Shown here piece after piece: positions 9,271 to 17,167 of a stretch of DNA of 64,000 bases. Source of the DNA: Clostridia bacterium (GTDB lineage Bacteria; Bacillota; Clostridia; Christensenellales; CAG-314); assembly GCA_036654455.1 (NCBI GenBank), contig JAVVRZ010000001.1, positions 343,332 through 407,331 on the forward strand, given 5' to 3'. Position numbers and translations under genes: made by a program. The notes beneath the pieces were generated by a model. It was not told where the DNA came from and did not search any database. It was given only the letters and a program-made list of their open reading frames with translations. Position 1 is the first letter of the stretch, and each line of letters begins with the position of its first letter.

Positions 9271-10704
9271 CTAGAATTTGTTAAATCGATTACGTTGCAG
9301 TCTTTTTGCTAATTTTGCCTTGTCTTTGGCAATAAGGCTTTGTTCTTCTAGTTTAGGAGTATAAGGCTCGGGGCGAGAAGAAATATAATATCTTAATTCG
9401 TCAAGGGCGTGGTCGTCGACTTTTTTTGGTCTGTCGTTACTACCCCACCAATATCCCCGCATTTCTTTAATCAAATTGACACAGTTTTCAAATATGTACA
9501 ATTTTGGTTTACCTTCAAGCGGTTTAAGTGCGCCCTTGACTCTATTTATTCCGCTAAACAAATCTTTATTTACATTAGTAGATACGGCTATGCCTTGTTC
9601 CCAAAACAACTCCGCAACGCTTTTATTACTGGCAAGAGTATGCTGGTTTGCCGCCGAATCTATTAATGCGCAAATTTTACCTTTATCAGTTTGCCAACCT
9701 AGTTGGTTACTAATCTTTTTTATTACTTCTGCGTGGTAGGAAACATCTTTTTTCGCCTCATAATGTTCGGCTATCACATACACCACACCGTCACCGTCGA
9801 CTGCGTACCAATGGCAACTTAAAGGATTGTTTAGACCGGGGTCAATGGATAATTTGTCGTACCATATATAAGGCACGGCAAAAGGTTTTATTACGTGAAT
9901 GTTTGGGTCGAATTCGGAATAAACTAAACCGCTACCGGTAAAAAACTGTCCATATCTTCTAGTTTTTAGGCTTTCTTCGCTAAGCGTTTGAGTATAATAA
10001 GCTGTTTCGTCTTTATTTAAATACGGATTATCCGCCCATTCCATAGTTTGACTCCAAACTTCTTTGTCGTCGCTAGAATTGAGAAATATTTCTTCGTATA
10101 CCCAACTTAGCCCTTTAAGGGGCGTCATTGTGCCAAACATTATGCCTCGTCTATCAAGAAGACGCATTTTACATTCGCAATAAATATCATAGGGCGGTTC
10201 TTCGTCGAACCAAACAAAGTCAAGCGATGCGCCCGAAAACTTTTCTCTGCCCATTTCGCAACTTTTAAAAGAAACTTTCGACACTCCGCCGACTTCGTTT
10301 TTTACCAAAAGATAATCAATTATGCCGTTTTCCATACTACCCCTGCGACCTTGATTCATAACGACTTCGATTATGTAACGCTTATCGAGATATTTTAAAA
10401 TTTTCTCTTGCGCAACGTCACGTTGAACTTCGGTAGATAAGGATACTACAAAGCAACTTACGTTTGCTCGGTTTTGCCTGTACGGGTGAATTCCCCTAGC
10501 TAACCAAACTGTTTCTACCGCACCGCACTCGGTTTTGCCTGTGCGATTTCCGCCAAAAACCCAACGATTTTGTTTAAGACATTTGTGAAACTCCATTTGC
10601 TTTTTATGTATTACAACTTTATTGTAATTGCAAAGTGGCGAATTTTTACGATTTTGAATTTCTTCGTTTATAGACTTTAATTTAAGCAACTTTTCTTTTA
10701 TCAT
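9271..10704 (-). CDS. terL: Terminase large subunit
   Basis: 477 aa with Walker A-like GGNRTGKTE and Walker B-like LDFVWFDEEP, followed by a nuclease-type C-terminal half. First gene of the block. Confidence 0.85.
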   Translation of the reverse strand: MIKEKLLKLKSINEEIQNRKNSPLCNYNKVVIHKKQMEFHKCLKQNRWVFGGNRTGKTECGAVETVWLARGIHPYRQNRANVSCFVVSLSTEVQRDVAQEKILKYLDKRYIIEVVMNQGRRGSMENGIIDYLLVKNEVGGVSKVSFKSCEMGREKFSGASLDFVWFDEEPPYDIYCECKMRLLDRRGIMFGTMTPLKGLSWVYEEIFLNSSDDKEVWSQTMEWADNPYLNKDETAYYTQTLSEESLKTRRYGQFFTGSGLVYSEFDPNIHVIKPFAVPYIWYDKLSIDPGLNNPLSCHWYAVDGDGVVYVIAEHYEAKKDVSYHAEVIKKISNQLGWQTDKGKICALIDSAANQHTLASNKSVAELFWEQGIAVSTNVNKDLFSGINRVKGALKPLEGKPKLYIFENCVNLIKEMRGYWWGSNDRPKKVDDHALDELRYYISSRPEPYTPKLEEQSLIAKDKAKLAKRLQRNRFNKF

Positions 10705-10868
10705 TTTTACCTTATTTAAATAATTATTAGCTCAATATATTTTTCTTTTTTACTACAAATTTTGCAAAAAAATTTTCTTGCAAAAATCTTGCTTGTTCGT
10801 GCTATTTTGTCAAGTAACCTAGTATGCCTTGTGATAAGGTATAGTTACTTAAAAAAAGGAGGGTATTT

Positions 10869-11858
10869 ATGAACAAGTCGGTAAAAGTAGCCGTAGTTAT
10901 AATGCTAATTTGCTTAGTATTAACACAAAGTTTGCTATTTTTTAATTGTCTTACGCCACTTCCAAATACAACAAAAACAACGCATACCGCAAGCAATAAC
11001 TCAAATTGCGCTACTATTATAGAAAAACAACCCTCGATTACTCTTAATTACAAAACTAATAAACTTAACAATCTAAATACCTACGCAAATACAAATAATA
11101 TAATTTCTACGCCTAACAGCTTAATTTTTAATGCGGAAAACAAGGGCGTTCAGCCGACGTTTGTAAGAGTCCGCAATAGAAATGTTTACTTTTATTCTTC
11201 AACTTCTACCGCAATGCCCCTATTTGCGCTAATTCCAACCTACTATTTAAAAGTTTTAGCAACATCGGGCGAATTTTACTCGGTTGAAGTGCAAGAACAA
11301 GCCGACAACTATGCAAAGCTATCGGGATACGTATTAATTTCTTCGGTTGAAGCTATAAACGAAGTACCCAAATTGCCAATGTACCCTAGCGCAATTATCA
11401 GCGTCAGTCAATCTAGCGCAAAACTGTATACACAGGCTAGTTCGTCCTCGATTAGCTCGATTTCGGCTACTTATATGCAGGCTATGGGCTACTACGGCAA
11501 ATTGATTACTCAGCAAGGCGAGTGGTACTACGTTTGTTTTAGAGGATATCTTGGCTATGTTTCGGCTAGCGACGTTACTATGCCCGAACTTACAAATCAC
11601 ATTACCCCGCTTAGCGACACTTCGGTTGACATAGTAGACGAAGTTCCGCCCAAAGAAGAAACGCCAACAGAACCTTTTTCCCCTAAGTTTGATTCGGTTC
11701 AGCTTGCGTTAATTCTTTTAATTACCGTGCCGTCAATAGTAATGGTTGTAGTAATGTTTACCCCTAACAAAAAGAAAACTAAACTTCCTACTTACTCTTA
11801 CACCGAAAACAACAGTGGCAAAGTCCAAAAACCTCGCTATTACGACGACTATTTCTAG
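10869..11858 (+). CDS. Membrane protein with two SH3b-like repeats, N-terminal signal anchor and C-terminal TM helix
   Basis: GGAGG RBS and N-terminal hydrophobic VAVVIMLICLVLTQSLLFF. SH3b-like endings are LSGYVLISSVE and GYLGYVSASDVT. The C-terminal TM LALILLITVPSIVMVVVMF is followed by a KKKTK tail. Confidence 0.6.
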   Translation: MNKSVKVAVVIMLICLVLTQSLLFFNCLTPLPNTTKTTHTASNNSNCATIIEKQPSITLNYKTNKLNNLNTYANTNNIISTPNSLIFNAENKGVQPTFVRVRNRNVYFYSSTSTAMPLFALIPTYYLKVLATSGEFYSVEVQEQADNYAKLSGYVLISSVEAINEVPKLPMYPSAIISVSQSSAKLYTQASSSSISSISATYMQAMGYYGKLITQQGEWYYVCFRGYLGYVSASDVTMPELTNHITPLSDTSVDIVDEVPPKEETPTEPFSPKFDSVQLALILLITVPSIVMVVVMFTPNKKKTKLPTYSYTENNSGKVQKPRYYDDYF

Positions 11859-12009
11859 TAACTCGGCATATATAAACCCAAATTAATAGTTACATTTCTA
11901 CCCTTAAATATTTAGTTGGCTAAATTTACAATATTGTTTTAGATTACAAAAATTTTTATTTTTTTAATTTATCGCTGATTGCTATATATTTTTTAATTGT
12001 TTTTACTTC

Positions 12010-12465
12010 TTATTGCTGTTTGTTGTAGACTTTTTTTATCCAATTTTGCTTTAAATAGGTACTTAAAAACCAGTTTTCGTCGTATCCGTCAACGATTAAG
12101 CTACTTGCAAATTTGCTTATGGCTTGCGATAAATATCGATATAGCGTTGTTTGAGGCAACTTACTGTCTTTTAACATTTGTTCTAAACTAAGTTGCGTTA
12201 TGTACTTAGAAACAAGCAAGCGTCTTGAAAGTTTATCTAATTTAGATAGCGCATCTTTTGCTACGTTAAAAAGTTCTAAGAGTTCGCTTTTCTTTTCAAT
12301 TAACTCGGCAATCGCCTTCATTTGTCCGTAAGCGTCGCACCTTGCGTAACCATAAGTAAGGTTGTGCGATGTTACGGCGGAATTGTAGACTTGTTTGTCT
12401 ATTTTTTTGACAATAGTAGGTATTGTCGTGTAGCAGGTTAGAATTGTTTTTGCAATTTTACTCAT
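12010..12465 (-). CDS. Sigma-70 region-4-like HTH protein (ArpU/RinA/DUF1492-style late-gene regulator candidate)
   Basis: 151 aa with a GGAGG RBS. The C-terminal segment LSRRLLVSKYITQLSLEQMLKDSKLPQTTLYRYLSQAISKF resembles a sigma region-4 HTH. A consensus promoter lies upstream. Confidence 0.5.
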   Translation of the reverse strand: MSKIAKTILTCYTTIPTIVKKIDKQVYNSAVTSHNLTYGYARCDAYGQMKAIAELIEKKSELLELFNVAKDALSKLDKLSRRLLVSKYITQLSLEQMLKDSKLPQTTLYRYLSQAISKFASSLIVDGYDENWFLSTYLKQNWIKKVYNKQQ

Positions 12466-12577
12466 TTTTTCCTCCTAAAATTAGTATCTTAACTGTCGAA
12501 AAATTAATAATTTCATATTCAGCTTTGTAAAATTACGATTGTTAAGGGCAAAAACTTGTTAAATTTGTTCTTGCGCC

Positions 12578-12605
12578 ATTATACAAACGGTTATTCTTAT
12601 GTCAA
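12578..12605 (-). promoter_or_regulatory. Sigma-70-type promoter for the 151-aa regulator gene
   Basis: Minus strand reads TTGACA (12605-12600), 16 nt, TATAAT (12583-12578). Confidence 0.55.
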
Positions 12606-12740
12606 TACATTGTTTTCAACTTTTAATTTGTCGAAAAAAATATGGAAGACCAATTTTTAAACTGTTTTTGAGTCATAAACAGCTAAAAACAACCAAAATT
12701 AAGCCTTTTTTCTTAATAACTAAAATTATCATTTCCACAA

Positions 12741-12756
12741 ATTTTTGTACAAAAAT
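12741..12756. promoter_or_regulatory. Perfect 16-bp palindrome (candidate operator)
   Basis: ATTTTTGTACAAAAAT equals its own reverse complement and lies in ORF-free DNA. Confidence 0.35.
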
Positions 12757-12994
12757 GACTATAATGGTTGACAAACCAAATTGTTAAAGATAACTAGACT
12801 CGTTGAAATAGTCGTAAGCGTTTGGTTAAACTTTAAACGTAAGTAATAGTTTTAACTAAACTTACAAACTGTCGCAATTGCTTAATTACCACGTGTACTT
12901 TGCGGTAAAAGTAAATAATGCTAATCGATTCTAGGTCAAGAAAATTGTTTTTGTTGTTTTTAACTCATCTTCTACCTGTATTATACAAAATATA

Positions 12995-13016
12995 ATATGA
13001 CAACTGTGTGTCATAT
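12995..13016. promoter_or_regulatory. Inverted repeat with 8-bp arms (candidate operator or hairpin)
   Basis: ATATGACA-actgtg-TGTCATAT. Confidence 0.35.
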
Positions 13017-13039
13017 TTAACTATAATTTTCATAAATTT

Positions 13040-13053
13040 AGAACATTTGTTCT
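13040..13053. promoter_or_regulatory. LexA (Cheo-box)-like site
   Basis: AGAACAtttGTTCT fits the Gram-positive SOS box core GAAC-N4-GTTC. It lies in an intergenic region. Confidence 0.3.
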
Positions 13054-13106
13054 ACTTTTTTATTAAAAATAACTTGTTAAATAATGAGGAAAAAGACCGC
13101 AATATA

Positions 13107-13135
13107 TTGATAAAAGTAAAAATGTTTGGTATAAT
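13107..13135 (+). promoter_or_regulatory. Sigma-70-type promoter with extended -10 for the 36-aa/624-aa operon
   Basis: TTGATA (13107-13112), 17 nt, TGgTATAAT (TATAAT at 13130-13135). Confidence 0.55.
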
Positions 13136-13170
13136 GTAAATAAATGGAGAATTAAGGGGAAATATTTTTT

Positions 13171-13281
13171 ATGGCAAAAAAACTTAAAATTTGGCAAAGA
13201 GTGTTGTGCGTGATACTTGCCGTCGTTCTTTTATGCAGTACGGCTTATGCGCTAATTTACTATTTGGTAATCGCAGTTTAG
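13171..13281 (+). CDS. 36-aa hydrophobic membrane peptide (not in ORF track)
   Basis: The ATG follows AAGGGG, and the product is MAKKLKIWQRVLCVILAVVLLCSTAYALIYYLVIAV. Its TAG stop overlaps the GGAG RBS of the next gene. Confidence 0.45.
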   Translation: MAKKLKIWQRVLCVILAVVLLCSTAYALIYYLVIAV

Positions 13282-13291
13282 GAGAAAAATT

Positions 13292-15166
13292 TTGAAAAGG
13301 ACTATTACGACAATTTTAATCTTAATAATGCTTGTTATGTCTTTTCCTACGCTGTGTTTTGCGCAAACGACAACTACCGGCGTTAGATTTGTCTTGCCAC
13401 GAGATATATATGCAAATAGCGACGGACTATATGTGCTAGATAATATTAACGAACAAAAGACGGCAATACATAATTTTAACCAAAATAAAGTTAAAACTAC
13501 TTATATGCTTAATGGTAAATTTAACCGTCTATTTATATTAGATAATATAGTATATCTACTAAGCGCAAATAACTTTGTCTGGGGCGAATTAAAAGATGGC
13601 AAATTTAATAAAATCGGCGAGTATTTGAGTCAACAAACAGTTATCGACGCCGACTTTTTTGTGTATATACATAACTCTATCCCCCATTTGCTATTTTTAA
13701 CCGTCGAAGGTATGTTTAGAATAAATACAGCCGATAAAGATGACTATCAATCGCAAGAAAAGTCTCAGGCTTTATCTATTACAAAAGTCGGCGACATTAT
13801 TTATATATTGACAGATAATCAACTGTTTGAATACAAGGTCAACAATGCAAATAACGTTATAAACGCTCTACCAAAAGAAACTAAAAACCTTGCGAACTAT
13901 CAAACCGTAGCAAGCGGTTTTACCACGCTTAGCGGTTACTATATTGGCGCAGACCATAATTATTGTATGTATAACGGCAAATCGCTCTACTATGTTGACG
14001 CTTTGACAAATACCTTAATAAACGTATTTGGCAAAGACGATATTACAAAAGAGCAAAATTTTCCGCTACAAGCTTCTGGCGAAATAACTTATACTCAACT
14101 TGCCGTATACGCAAAACAAAATAAAACTTATTACTACGCTTTGACAAACGACAAAAAGATTGAGAGATTTGTAGTAGACGACAATTCGGTTATGCCTATG
14201 GCGATTGCAAAAGACGAATTTGGGCTAGGTAGCGACTATATTGTGGCGAGTTTGCCTCAAAAAGGTTCGTATGGCGTCGGCGATATCGTATTTGTAACTT
14301 CTTGCGAATATCCAAGCGACTATATGTATCGATTTAAAGACGGAGAAAACGTCGCCGAGCAAAGTATTCCCGAGAGCATTGACCTTAACGCCGAAAAGCC
14401 CTATGCAATTATTACTTATGACGGCTACGAAAATTCCAACTTCTATTGTTGTCTATATCAAGGTAAATTTGGTTTTGTTGAAAAAGCAGTTGGCAAAAAA
14501 GTCGAGGACGATAGCAATATTCACATTCTAAGCGTATTTGCAAGCGCAAAAGGCAAAGCAAATATAACAACGGCGGTATACAGTCTACCTTTTATCGATA
14601 AACAAGAAGAATTTAAGTTTGACACAATATCAAGATATACCGAATTTGCTATTACCAAACAAATTGAGATATTTGGGCATAAATGGTATTTAATAGGTTA
14701 TACTAATTCGCAAAATATAAACACATTAGGGTGGATAAGGCAAGATAACGTAAGCGATTACGAGGCTGTCGCAAGCAAAACGGCAATAGGAGAAAGAAGA
14801 ATTAACCCCCCTGTTGCAAGCAAGGTTAATGTTTACCTAGATATAAATAAAAACCCTCTATTAATTGACGGCAACCAAGTTAGCCTATCGGTTGGACAAC
14901 GAGTGCTTCTTGTAGAAGCAGGCGAAAAACTTAGCGTTATACAGTTTACAGTAGGCGACAAATTATATTTCGGCTATGTTGATAATGAGTATATTATTGA
15001 TAAAGGCGTGACTAATACTGCAATACTTGGATTTGCCCTCTTAATTGTAGCAGTACTTGTAACAACGTTTTTAATAATTATGATTAAGCGTAGACCTAAA
15101 AATCAAAAAGATATCGACGACCTAAGCAAACCCGACGAAACCTTAACTCAAACCGACAAAGATTAA
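13292..15166 (+). CDS. Secreted, C-terminally membrane-anchored protein with an unassigned N-terminal domain and three SH3b-like repeats
   Basis: TTG start after GGAG and signal peptide ILILIMLVMSFPTLCFAQ. SH3b-like endings are GKFGFVEKAV, LGWIRQDNVSDYE and YFGYVDNEYII. The TM LGFALLIVAVLVTTFLIIMI is followed by KRRPK. Confidence 0.6.
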   Translation: MKRTITTILILIMLVMSFPTLCFAQTTTTGVRFVLPRDIYANSDGLYVLDNINEQKTAIHNFNQNKVKTTYMLNGKFNRLFILDNIVYLLSANNFVWGELKDGKFNKIGEYLSQQTVIDADFFVYIHNSIPHLLFLTVEGMFRINTADKDDYQSQEKSQALSITKVGDIIYILTDNQLFEYKVNNANNVINALPKETKNLANYQTVASGFTTLSGYYIGADHNYCMYNGKSLYYVDALTNTLINVFGKDDITKEQNFPLQASGEITYTQLAVYAKQNKTYYYALTNDKKIERFVVDDNSVMPMAIAKDEFGLGSDYIVASLPQKGSYGVGDIVFVTSCEYPSDYMYRFKDGENVAEQSIPESIDLNAEKPYAIITYDGYENSNFYCCLYQGKFGFVEKAVGKKVEDDSNIHILSVFASAKGKANITTAVYSLPFIDKQEEFKFDTISRYTEFAITKQIEIFGHKWYLIGYTNSQNINTLGWIRQDNVSDYEAVASKTAIGERRINPPVASKVNVYLDINKNPLLIDGNQVSLSVGQRVLLVEAGEKLSVIQFTVGDKLYFGYVDNEYIIDKGVTNTAILGFALLIVAVLVTTFLIIMIKRRPKNQKDIDDLSKPDETLTQTDKD

Positions 15167-15240
15167 CTAAACTAAATAACCAAAAGCCTAACAATCAAAA
15201 TCTAACAAAGATTAACTAAAATAAATTAATAAACTAAAAA

Positions 15241-15272
15241 AACCGTTCTTAAATAAAGAGCGGTTTTTTGTT
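15241..15272 (+). terminator. Rho-independent terminator
   Basis: aaccgttc pairs with gagcggtt (one G-U pair) around a 9-nt loop, followed by TTTTGTTGTT. Confidence 0.55.
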
Positions 15273-15494
15273 GTTCTTGTTATGTAAAAGTCTATAAACT
15301 TTGTAGTATTACAAATTTATAATTCTAAATTATCTTTTAATATTTAAGTTTTTAATTCTATTGAGAAGTTAAAAAAACTTTTTTGCTTTTTACAAATTTT
15401 ACCAAAGCGACTTGCATAAAATATAACGCTTACATCAAAAGTTACTAGTAAATGACAAAAAGAACCAAAAAAAGAACAAACGGGGGTATTAAAC

Positions 15495-16265
15495 TTGAAT
15501 AATACAAAGATAACAAAGATTGAAAAAAAAATTAAATTGTTGGCGTTAATATTGGCGATTATTTCCACAATTTCCTTTGCCCTATCGCTGATAAATGCTC
15601 AAACCGAAGTATTTGCGCAGGTTAGAAAAATTCCCGTATACAAAGTCGACACTCAAAAATCTTGCATAAGTTTGACTTTTGACGCCGCTTGGGGAAGCGA
15701 TAAAACACAAGGAATACTTGATTTGCTTGATAAATACCAAATTAAATGCACTTTTTTTCTGGTATCATTCTGGATTAAAGCCAATCCTGAGCTTGTAAAG
15801 GAAATTGATAAACGAGGTCACGAAATAGGCACTCATTCGGCGACTCACCCCGATATGACAAAGCTATCTAAGGAAAAGATGCTTGAAGAATTGACTGACA
15901 GTTGCAACCGAATTACCGAGCTTACAGGCAAAAAGGTTAGGCTATTTCGACCGCCGTTTGGAGCTTACAACAACACGCTAATAAGCGTTGCCGAAAGTCT
16001 TAATCTAATTACAATACAATGGGACTGCGACAGCCTAGACTGGAAAGGAAGCTCGGCGCTAGAAATTGCGACACGAGCGCAAAGAGCTAGCAAAGGTAGC
16101 ATTATTCTGTGTCACAATAATAGCGACAATATAATTAAAGCTATACCCTTAATAGTCGAAGTCGCAAGAAACAAAGGGCTAAAAATAATACCCGTTGGCG
16201 AACTAATTTATCAACATTATTATGTTGACAGTCAAGGGGTTCAACACGAAAAACCAAATTATTAA
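15495..16265 (+). CDS. Polysaccharide/peptidoglycan deacetylase (NodB homology domain, PdaB-like)
   Basis: TTG start and an N-terminal TM, then NodB motifs TFDAAWG, HSATHPDM, LFRPPFGAYN and IILCHNN. Confidence 0.8.
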   Translation: MNNTKITKIEKKIKLLALILAIISTISFALSLINAQTEVFAQVRKIPVYKVDTQKSCISLTFDAAWGSDKTQGILDLLDKYQIKCTFFLVSFWIKANPELVKEIDKRGHEIGTHSATHPDMTKLSKEKMLEELTDSCNRITELTGKKVRLFRPPFGAYNNTLISVAESLNLITIQWDCDSLDWKGSSALEIATRAQRASKGSIILCHNNSDNIIKAIPLIVEVARNKGLKIIPVGELIYQHYYVDSQGVQHEKPNY

Positions 16266-16282
16266 TATACAGGAGAAAGACA

Positions 16283-16942
16283 ATGAACAACAATTTTTGT
16301 AACAAAGTAAGTATATCGGGCGTGGTGTGCGAAGAATTAAAGTTCTCGCACGAAGTGTATGGCGAAAAGTTCTACAATACTAGCCTAAAAGTTGCTCGAC
16401 TAAGCAATTCTTTTGACATATTGCCGATTACAGTATCCGAAAGATTAAGCGAACTAAGCCTAGACGTCGGTCAAGAAATAACCGTAAAAGGGCAATTTAG
16501 AAGTTACAACAAAGTCGAACTTGGTCGTAGTAGGTTGATGTTAACAGTATTTGTAAGAGAAATCTCACAAATTGACAAGTCAATCAACAGCAACGAAATT
16601 GAATTGTCGGGCTTTATTTGCAAACCGCCTATATTTAGAACAACGCCCTTTATGCGAGAAATTTGCGATTGTTTGCTTGCGGTAAACAGAGCGTACAACA
16701 AAAGCGATTATATACCCTGCATAGCTTGGGGAAGAAACGCAAGATTTATTAAATATCTTGCAACCGGACAACAAATTAGTCTACTAGGACGAATTCAATC
16801 GAGAGAATACCAAAAGAAACTAAGCGAAACCGAAGTTGAAACAAGAATTGCTTACGAAGTTTCGATTGGAAAAATTGCCTTAAACACTTTTGACATCAGC
16901 TCAAAAGACGAAAAAATTACATTCGACTACGATTTGCAGTAA
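16283..16942 (+). CDS. Tandem OB-fold single-stranded-DNA-binding-like protein
   Basis: Two SSB-like halves are present: VSISGVV...VKGQFRSY...LMLTVFVREI and IELSGFI...CIAWGRNARFIKYLATGQQISLLGRIQSREYQ...IAYEVSIGKI. Confidence 0.55.
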   Translation: MNNNFCNKVSISGVVCEELKFSHEVYGEKFYNTSLKVARLSNSFDILPITVSERLSELSLDVGQEITVKGQFRSYNKVELGRSRLMLTVFVREISQIDKSINSNEIELSGFICKPPIFRTTPFMREICDCLLAVNRAYNKSDYIPCIAWGRNARFIKYLATGQQISLLGRIQSREYQKKLSETEVETRIAYEVSIGKIALNTFDISSKDEKITFDYDLQ

Positions 16943-17033
16943 TACTAGATATTAAAGCAAAAATTAAATAATCGATAAAAATTAATAGCAAACGGCTTTC
17001 GAGCGGTAAAGAATAAAACCGCTAACTAAAACT

Positions 17034-17068
17034 AAAATGCCCCTTGTAAAACTACACGGGGCATTTTT
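17034..17068. terminator. Bidirectional rho-independent terminator between convergent genes
   Basis: aaaatgcccc pairs with ggggcatttt around a 14-nt loop, with an A-run before and a T-run after. Confidence 0.6.
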
Positions 17069-17167
17069 ATGGTAAAAATTAAATATCTATAAATTCTTAA
17101 TAAAATTTACCTTTTTTTTATTTCAAGCATCGGTAAAACTTAGAAAAAATAATATATTTATGTTCTA

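Larger units (their letters stand above)
1..10704 (-). mobile_element. Phage-derived packaging/head/structural gene block (prophage, remnant or domesticated element), truncated by the left window edge
   Basis: Ten co-directional, tightly packed minus-strand genes run in canonical order: terL, small protein, portal, scaffold, major capsid, connector-sized genes, large structural proteins. They have AGGAG RBSs and 4-17 nt overlaps. Confidence 0.7.

Noticed and set aside
12599-12787. 62-aa plus-strand ORF in the ORF-free control region
   Set aside because: It has no RBS. Its start lies within the -35 element of the minus-strand promoter, and the sequence is low-complexity K/I/F-rich as expected from AT-rich DNA.
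15344-15568. 74-aa minus-strand ORF overlapping the deacetylase gene start
   Set aside because: It has no RBS, overlaps the start and TM region of a well-supported NodB gene, and has an AT-rich artefact composition.
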